Part shown: positions 55,074-64,000 of the stretch, one piece after another | Position numbering within the stretch: position 1 is the stretch's first letter | Layout: each line of letters starts with the position of its first letter | The notes under the pieces: generated by a model | Databases searched by the model: none | What the model was told of the DNA's origin: nothing | Seen by the model: the letters and a program-made list of their open reading frames with translations, nothing else | Assembly: GCF_964204645.1 (NCBI RefSeq) | Contig: NC_134025.1 | Location: 26,082,299 to 26,146,298 of the forward strand | Direction: 5' to 3' | From: Tubulanus polymorphus | Taxonomy: Eukaryota; Animalia; Nemertea | DNA: 64,000 nt | Position numbers and translations under genes: made by a program

Positions 55074-58000
55074 CTGAAACATGAAAAGAAAATATTCTAG
55101 AACCAATGCTTACAAGTCTCTCGGAAGGTTAGGTAAACTCATATAACCATACATACCTTGGAGATGTGATTAAACTCTTGTTATGCTGTGTTGCAACTGG
55201 TTTCGGACTGACACTTCGAAAACCAACTGGTGATAAAACACGAGGTGACAATGGTGGTGATGAAGCAGATCTTCTCTTGCTATGAGATGCTACAAATAAA
55301 ATGATTAAAAATCACACCAATGTATAGCTACTACTACACTGCCGTTACAATATATAAAACGAAACTTACATCGGGTGCGTAAATGTTTAGTGGGAATACC
55401 AATTTCTCGTTCAACTTCGCTTAGAATCGACGATGTGGAATTCCCATCATCGTCATCATCTTCATAGTTTTTCAGGTTAAAGCTGTCTGTGAGATTTGTT
55501 CTTGGTAACGGTCGACTGCCTTCAAAATTTTCATTATGAGTTGAACGCGGCGATCGAACGTGAACGTCATCAACAACGCGGTAACTTGTTCGACCATTAC
55601 TCATTGCATGACCTGCAATATTATGAAAGGTTTTTAGATAATAGGCTAAAAGATGTAGTTATGTAGCACTTTTTCACATTTAGGGAGCAATGAATGAGCC
55701 AATTCCAACTGAAGAAAGAGTGGAAGAAAGTCAATACGCTTGCTTGATTAGAATGGTTATGGTACAACTGTAGGTTAGGTAGTTAACGAATAACGCAATT
55801 GTACCTCTAGGTTTAATTGGAGGCATCTTCTGGTTGGTACCAGAACGCGTTGATGGTGGATAGGGATAACGTTTTGGATATTCCGCTAACTCATTATCAT
55901 TAAAATCAATCGGTTCAAACATTCGCGTGAAGAGATTTGATGTAAGGAATGCTGTTGAGTCACTTCGGTCAGTAAGTAATTGTTCACCTTTCGCGTCTAA
56001 AGTATCAACTGAAAGGAACATTGTGCAAACCATAAACCATACATGTATAACATAGAACATCAGTGCTAAAATATGACAACAAATTTGCGTACATAAAATC
56101 CCCATAAATTTGCTAAACTAACTGTGTAACATAATAATATCGTCACTATTTATTCCCCCTGTGAGTGGTGATTTGGTTCATTTGTTTCAATTAAAAGAAC
56201 GAAAAGCGCATTAAAATAAAACAATGAATTCCAGAGGGTAACTAACAGTAACTAAGTGAGTACATAGACAACAAATATGTGTACTTGTTTCACAATGAGA
56301 CATGCATAAAACCGCCCTATATATGTGAACCTTACATATCGAATAAATGGTACTACATTGTATATGCATAAATACAAACTAACTCACTTTCATCAAGGTT
56401 GAGATTTCTTCTAGCTCTACTAGCACCGGCACTTCGCAATTGGTTGTTGAAGTGTGAATAACTCGGGTATGGTTCAGCATCAGTTAAATCATCACCATCT
56501 AAGATATACAAAAACACAATGTACTAATTTGACAAGTGGAAAATGTGATCAATTCATTTTGATAATGGATTTTATAGAGTTACCAGTCAAATGGCAACGA
56601 AAGTAACTGTATTCAATTCAGACTATATAATCAAAGAAGTAATGACCACATGAAACTGATACTAAATGAAATTATCCGGTGAATGTAAGCTACATATTTC
56701 ATTGGAATAACATGCATTTAACGTATGTAACCTAAGGACACAAGCTTAACACGCAAACATACATACATATAGAGCACACAAATAAGGAATTATACCAGCA
56801 AGACAAAGCATTAAATATTCATTCAATAGCCAACATTACATGCGTTTGCTTGAATTGACTGTTATTTTGCCATACCTACTGAACCATGAAATATTCAGTC
56901 ACAGTAAGCTCTCCATAACACGAAACATAGCAACAGTCCCTTAAAAACTCACTCCATACCTAGACGGTATATACACCGCTTTATCACAAAAAGCCTAGTT
57001 TAAACATTATTCTCTATGCTTCAAAAGGCCTTCTACAATTCATGAATATAATAACAGCAGACACAAGACTTCAAGTGAATGCAAATGAATGATCTCATTA
57101 ATGCACTGCAATGCTATACTCTGTCAGGAAGCCATCAAAAACAGTAACATTAAACTCTATTCTTACCAACTAAACTAATATGCTAAATGGCGCAACGTAT
57201 CCAGGAATGAAGTTACCGGTAGATTAATTTCGCATAGCCTTTCAATAGTACCACCTAAGTTTATGTAGCTACTGGCAACCATTGAATATGCAGCAATGAC
57301 AGATAACGCTTAGCACTCTCACATATACACACACGCACATTTTGTACATGAAGATTAAAATGAAAAGAGTATTTATTTGTCGTACCTGCCATATTGCTTG
57401 TTAAGTTGTGAGACTTTTGGCCATCATATATAGTGCTTTCCGTCGCATAAGTTCGATTATCCTCTAAATACTTTTCAACTTTCTTCACACGATCAGAACT
57501 ATCCGCTAAACTTTCAACTGGTGCCATACCTAAAAACCATGCGCAATTAACCATTAAAATCTGACGATTATCAAGAATAATGATGGCAACAGCAATCACG
57601 TGACTTACTAGATCTTTCAAATTTCTCCTTTGAAATTCTTTCTTGGTTGATCGAATTATGGTAGCCATTTGTCAAAGCAGACGCATCATGTTTAACTGCT
57701 CTTCTTTCGGCGCGTAATCGTAGCTCGGTTAACTGATCTCTTAATTTCAAATTTTCTTCATTCAGTTCACTATTTCTGTCACGCAATGCTCTCATATCAA
57801 CGCGTAGCAATTTCATCTCTTCTCTCATACGATCTGAGGAATCATTGAGGTATTGAGTGCTTTTCTTCTTTAAATCTCGTATCTATAAAATCGAAGACAA
57901 GAATCCTGTGTTAACATCTAATCAAAGAAGCGATTGAAGGAAAAAAGTTACATAAGAATTAAAATTGTACCTGTTCAGCGAGATATTGATTCTCTGCTTG

Positions 58001-59746
58001 TACATCTTCAATGTTCATTGAATTAGCAGTTCTCAGACCATCATTCTCTTGAGTTAATTCTGCAATCTTCTTTTCTAGAGCGCTGAATTCTAATGCAGCG
58101 CTTTCATGCGCTTCTTGTAAATCCTGAACTTGGCTGCGTAATTCCTCTGCAAATTTAGTAGTTTCATAGATGAGTATCAATAATTACAATCGATAATCGA
58201 TAATCAAGATTAAGAAGGCTTTATTGTCATAATGCTAACCATTTTTACGTTTCAAAGCATTTGGATTATCGGGTGAATATCTATCGATAGAATTGTTGGA
58301 TTCGCCAGAGTCAGATTGTCTTTGTTCTGATTGTAATCTATCGAGTTCAGCCTTCAATTTTATCACTTCTGTAGCCAGTGTTTCCTTCTCGGCGATCACT
58401 CTGTTGTAACTACTCTCGTCTTGATGCTGAAAAATAAAAGCATTCATAATGAATCGTACAGATCTTATCTATGTTAGGAAATAAAATGTTTTATGAGAGC
58501 CAGCGTAGTTTATCTATCACGTGATCGTTTCTGTTAGTATTCTATCAGTTCACATTTGAGTTCATTAATCTAAAGAATTACAATTAGCTTACTCCATCCA
58601 TTCTCAGTAATATCCTGATGGAATATGAATAGAGTCAGTTTTGGAACATACTTCTACTGACAGCAATGAATTATTAACTCAATATCATAGTTTTCCGATA
58701 GAAGTGAAAGTACGTACTGTAGTCAAAGCCGGTTTCCGCCTTTCTCTGTCAACTTCACGCATAAGGACACTGTTTTCAGCTTCAAGGTCTTGAATCTGAT
58801 GTTGCAATTTTGTGACTTCGATATCTTGATCTTCTAAACGTTGATTCGCGTTGAACAACTCACTTTCAAGGAATTCAACTCGTTTTTCAACAGTCGTTCT
58901 CTGTAATCATATAAAAATCAATCACTATTTGAGGAGGTTATTCTCGGTATAACAAAAGCAATAAAGATACAGCGATTCTTACCTCAATGGGTGTAGGTGC
59001 ATGAAAAGCATCTCCATTTGCTACTTTTGGAGTCAGAGTGCGCGCAGAACTATGTGTTGACAAAGATGTTCTTGATGTAATTAATGGCGATTTCATGTTT
59101 GGTGGTAATCCAGCGTTTGAACGATTATAAGTGTCCGGTGTCATACTTCTATCATCATAAGGGGTATATTTAGCAGGTGTAGTTGGTGTTGGATTGCTGT
59201 GACTGCTACCCACTCGATAAAACGGCACATCTGAATTGATCGGTGCATTCAGTACTTGTTCGCTCGCGTATTTCACATATTCGGGTTCGGGTTTCTTCAA
59301 CTTTTCGCTATGATATTTACTGTTAACCGGTAAATCGCCTTGTGACGACGAATGACTACGCGGACTCATTTTCGGATGATTTTCGCTAGTCCTACTACCC
59401 GTACTTCCTAACCGATCGATGCTGCCACCGAACCTATCTGCACTTTTGTAAATCGCCGAAGAAAGGTGTGGACTCTGTTGAGGAGAAATCCGATCATAAC
59501 TTCCAGCCCTGTGCCCACGCAGCGATCCATTAGAGGCATGCACGGGTGAAGAAGCAGTCTTCTCAATTATCATTTCATTTAGTTGTTCAGCAGATCCTGA
59601 TTTATGCATTTGTTTCTGCAGAAGTGCCTCGATTTTTGACGAATGCTTAATAGCTGCCATCGCACTGCTACTCTCACGAGGATTTCTTAACATCGCTTCG
59701 TCTTCTTCAACATCAGGCGCTACCTTATAACTTCCTTCATCTGGAT
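54707..59746 (-). CDS. Coiled-coil protein with a single C-terminal CAP-Gly domain (5' exon uncertain; ~904 aa from these exons)
   Basis: Exons (minus): 58983-59746, 58718-58900, 58240-58426, 57971-58146, 57609-57882, 57386-57529, 56388-56498, 55805-56008, 55370-55612, 55157-55289, 54843-55073, 54707-54770, all phase-consistent to TAA. Heptad-rich central exons; CAP-Gly GLVRFVGHLPGRDDTYLGLELENEDGKHDGTYNNVRYFSCKPNKGVFV. Confidence 0.88.
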
Positions 59747-61290
59747 CTAAAAAATTCAAAATTTTCGAATCGATTATTGGCCTGTTGCAATATATTTTCA
59801 GTGAGCGCCAGTGATAGTTTACTCATAATATATAGGTTATCAAAAAAAAAATATTTGAAATTTTTTCGTAGTCAAGTGCCTGATAGTCCTAACATTTTGA
59901 TAAGCTATATCAATTTATATAGCTATTCTAGAATCCAAGCAAATATAGATAAAAATTTTCCCCGAGACACCAAAAAGGTAAATCACCACCTTTGTCCGGT
60001 TTTCGCAATTTTTCAATACCGATACACACATCCGTAGACGAACAAATAACACTGATTTCTGTATTTCTGATACTTTCAAAATATCTCTCCATCATTTTGC
60101 GAACTTCCATCAGATACAACCGGGCACATAGTAATAATAATACATGCTTGTATAGGTGGATTCTCATTAGGTATTCATTTATCGACCTTCTCGGTTAACT
60201 TTACTCACATTGTTCATTCATTCATTCATTCATTCATTAAGCCGTTCATCAATTCGGTCCAATATAATGTAGCATTTCTATGTTTCTATATATAAAGCTA
60301 GCAAGTGATCATTGTTAAGAAGATCATTGTCAAGAGAAATTGACTGTACGCGATATATTCCTATATTCAGATTCTACTGTTTAGATCTATGATTCACCAG
60401 GCCACGGACATTTTATATGAAAATCAGCAAGGGGGCTTTCCTGGTTCGATTCAATGTATGAACTGAGGTTAAATCATCCAATAACACAAAATGTCACTGC
60501 GGTTACAGGTGAGATACACTGTAATAAACTCAGGAGTCTGATCAATGCTCAGTTGTTATCGTTTGCACCTGTTAGAAAAGTGAAATCAGGACAAAAATTT
60601 ATTATGTCCACTACAGAATTTCGATACATTATCGTTCGAACTTTCATGAATCAAAAATAAACGTTGTTATGAATGTGATAACAAAAAACTTGAAGAAGTG
60701 AATAAAATAGAAGTTGGATATTTTACCGTTATCTAATTCATAAGAATACTGTCCTAACATCGTTTTATCTCCCTGTATATATCCAGAAATGGTATGTTTT
60801 CAACATGTAAATACCGAGCTAATGTCTTTACAGAACAAGTATTGGTGTATCCATATGAATATAGACACCCTGTAGGAAATGTTCATTCACCCATTTACCT
60901 GTTATACACGAATGCTAGAAAACAAGACTGAAATCTGTTTTTGGGAATTCACTCATGCATAAAAATCAGACATACCAACCACGCACAATACAGAAGTTAT
61001 TAACAGAATTTCAATAGCATACAATGCCCCATTTCAGATATTTAATGCCAATTACTGCGATATTTAATTACCTCTTTTGAAAAGAAATATTTTGAATCGG
61101 GTGTAACAAATTTATGATCGTTACACATATCATTGAATGAACTGTTTGTGTTGGCTACATAACAAAAACAAAAGATCCTTAGAAATTATCCATTCGTTTA
61201 CGGTAACTGTTTTTCCATTTTTCGAGTATAACAAATTTAAATCTATATTTTGAGAAAATTGTCGAAGAGCAAATACAGCATACACCTTAC

Positions 61291-61510
61291 CATCGGATAG
61301 ATATTCATCCGCGTCAACAAACTGAAATTGTACTACAGGACGCACGTACTGATGACTCGGTAACGATTGATAGATATTTTCCGTCACAATCGGATAATGT
61401 AGTTCTGGCAACACAGGTATTAAGATATCAGGATGAGTTGCCAGTCCGCAGGTACAATGAACCGGTACATTGCTAGCTGTTTTGTTACAATATGCGGGAA
61501 TTGTAGTCAT
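61291..61510 (-). CDS. Candidate alternative first coding exon of the CAP-Gly gene (MTTIPAYCNK...EYLSD)
   Basis: ATG-started 73-codon reading frame ending at a phase-1 donor G|GTAAGG, matching the phase-1 acceptor at 59746. Confidence 0.55.
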
Positions 61511-62151
61511 TTTTTTTCGATCGGAGCTAATCCATTCAATGAGTTACACTACGCTGATATCAGTCAAATAAAAGATTTTTCAAACAGAATTTTCAATACT
61601 TTCGTTATCAAGAATATTTCGCAAAATTTACAAATCAAATAATTGTGCTTGATTTTGATTCAACAGATTAAGAGAAATAATTAGCATACATAAAAAAATA
61701 TATATTGTTTATAATTAGCAGAATTACGGTTATGGAATTGTAATTACACATAAATCAACATAATATATATTTGGTTATCATAATTAGATTATAAACTTTT
61801 TAAAGTAATAGATAACTGACTGATATCAAATATGATGACAGCAGCAGCAATAGACCAATACGCATAAAATCCTGAGACGATTGCTATACATTTTGCAGGC
61901 ACACGTCGGCAGTATTCTACAGTACTTTCATTGCGAGCGAGACATGCATGAATAGACAACGCTAAACAACCAAATGCAAGCCAAAATAATTATTCATTCG
62001 TAACTTGTTCTGACTGGTTTGACAAAAAACTGTTTCCTATGTAGGACACTTTGACTGATCACTTCATAGGTAGTTTTAAGGGATCAGTTACCAAAAGAAT
62101 TTAACTCAAAAGTCATTAGACAAATAAAGTCAAATTTCGTTCCTATAACAG

Positions 62152-62193
62152 GACATTACATTTTGTTATAAAGACATTACATTTTGTTATAAA
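62152..62193. repeat. 21-bp tandem duplication
   Basis: GACATTACATTTTGTTATAAA x2. Confidence 0.8.
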
Positions 62194-62612
62194 TTTTTTG
62201 TTAATTTCCCAACATTCGACTACTTAGTTCAAACATTTCAGATAAATGGCAGAGACCTAAAAATACCTGACAATGGTCTCTAGACATAGTTCAAAATGCT
62301 GTATCATTTGTTTCAAATTTTTGTTAATAAATTTCATTTAAAATCTTTTGAATTTGTAAACAGTGGGTATTACACATGATAAAGGCTAGAAAACAATCTT
62401 GGACTAAGAAACGCTCCCTCCAATAAACCCTAGTTTGATAAATCATAGAAAAACAGAATAATGGATACAACTTTTTTTCTATTTCTGAAAGAGATGTAGA
62501 TGCTCTAATTCAGTTCCTAATTTTCCTTCATATTCTAAATGACCTACAGGTCTAAATATTTTTGATAGTTGAATGCCGAATAGTTAAAATGGAGGTTCCT
62601 CAATACATAAAT

Positions 62613-62733
62613 AGGTAAGATTCAAGAATAGGGGACTAGTGGTTAGGTTTAGGTCATTATATATCATCATTACTTATTTGATTACTATCACTACATATAT
62701 ATTGCTATAGTCTCCTATTCTTGAATCGCACCC
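62613..62733. mobile_element. Small MITE-like inverted-repeat element
   Basis: GATTCAAGAATAGGGGACTA ... TAGTCTCCTATTCTTGAATC (19/20 complementary) around an AT-rich spacer. Confidence 0.65.
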
Positions 62734-62776
62734 ATAAATACATGTACATATAAACACAATTTTTAGTATAACATAC

Positions 62777-62843
62777 CTGATGAAACAAGAGAGCCAAAAA
62801 TTACATTAGTAAGAACACTAGCTGCTACAACTACACCGGTCAT
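62777..62843 (-). CDS. Candidate alternative first coding exon of the CAP-Gly gene (MTGVVVAASVLTNVIFGSLVSS)
   Basis: ATG plus 22 codons ending at a phase-1 donor CAG|GTATGT. Confidence 0.45.
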
Positions 62844-64000
62844 TACCACATTCACCTTGACTTAAAGACAGTTTTTAAAGCTCTAAGGAAGTGACTTGAG
62901 ATATCTGAATCACATACTCCACACCGGTATGCACCAACATTCTTAAACAGCTAGAAATTCTAGAAGACGCTCATAAAAAATTTAATATGTACATTATTCT
63001 CGGAACAGCATATATATCGAATATCAAAACAGATATGCCTTACTCTCCGAGAAAGCCAACAATGAAATAAAATCGCCACGCATGAATAGGTTCAGATTAA
63101 CACTCAGCAAGCAACCAATTCCTGTGGTTTACTTAATTGAGCACCAGAAGAGTTAATCCTATTACATCAGATCTGTTCAATGCATGTCAAAACATCGTAA
63201 CAAATATTCATTAAAATCCTGTTTTCAAACATGATTCAACTAACATAAATCTTTATCTATGATACACTCATCTATCTCCCGTAGGCTATGTAAATGCTAC
63301 AGGCTGATGGTTGTTGGTGACATTTTAATTGAGCTAGCTACAGGTGAAGTACAACACGCAAGGTAAATTTGGTACCATGACAACTACACTTTACAATAAG
63401 TATACGTTTCCCATTAATAATCGGATTCTAGCATCGAGAGAGAAATAGATTGGGTTTAACCGAGGGGGTATCGATTGAACAAACCTGTTTTCAAATGCTA
63501 CACTTAAGCCAAATACATTCGAATCAAAAGCATTGATTCCGATTCAAAAACTATTTTGCACAAATTGTTCTGAAGACGAAAGTATTACAGAAGAAGTATA
63601 AAGTCTTACCCGAGTCCAGAAAGCAGATAATGTTTGGAATTCGATCTCATAGGCAACGAATATCTTTGAGATAGGATTCCATGAGTCCATTATAATTATT
63701 GTGGACAGTAGCATACAAGACATTATGCTTATTCAAATATTTACTTAGCCCCCTGAAAATTGAACTGGTCTTCTCTATTTGAACATTAGAAAAACAAATT
63801 TGTCCATTTACAACTGACCAAAGTCAATAATTCTAGCTCAAACATAGGTTAGTGGAGTTATACATTATGGGACTTTCAATTGGAGTTAGTTAACAAAGAC
63901 TAAAACAATTGTGGCTTTTCGAATGTTTAATATGAACTATCGCCATCAAGCATCTAATAATTCCGAAGTCTCCTATGTGATGTATGAAAAGATACAGCGC

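Noticed and set aside
63610-63690. Possible exon ending at a GTAAGA donor upstream of the CAP-Gly gene
   Set aside because: The phase-1 frame contains a stop and no reliable acceptor or start could be assigned.

Overview
AT-rich eukaryotic genomic DNA with spliceosomal introns, most likely from an invertebrate animal (species not determinable from the sequence). Three multi-exon genes, all on the minus strand, were reconstructed by hand from GT-AG junctions with consistent phases. (1) An unconventional myosin (motor, 3 IQ, acidic linker, MyTH4, FERM), most like class XXII: 24 coding exons from 36223 down to 7049, with the 3' end not found and probably left of the window. Its first coding intron is a minor-spliceosome (U12-type) intron, and its motor is unusually diverged. 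(2) A complete 11-exon MPP8/MPHOSPH8-like gene (chromodomain, K/S-rich linker, ankyrin repeats, MPP8-type C-terminal domain; 885 aa), a candidate invertebrate HUSH-complex subunit, at 52913-46838. (3) A coiled-coil protein of about 900 aa or more with a single C-terminal CAP-Gly domain (59746-54707), with several candidate alternative first exons. Non-coding DNA holds several small inverted-repeat (MITE-like) elements, (AT)n microsatellites and a purine-rich tandem repeat. Most short ORFs in the supplied track are spurious or exon fragments. No tRNA, rRNA, CRISPR array or intact transposase was recognised.
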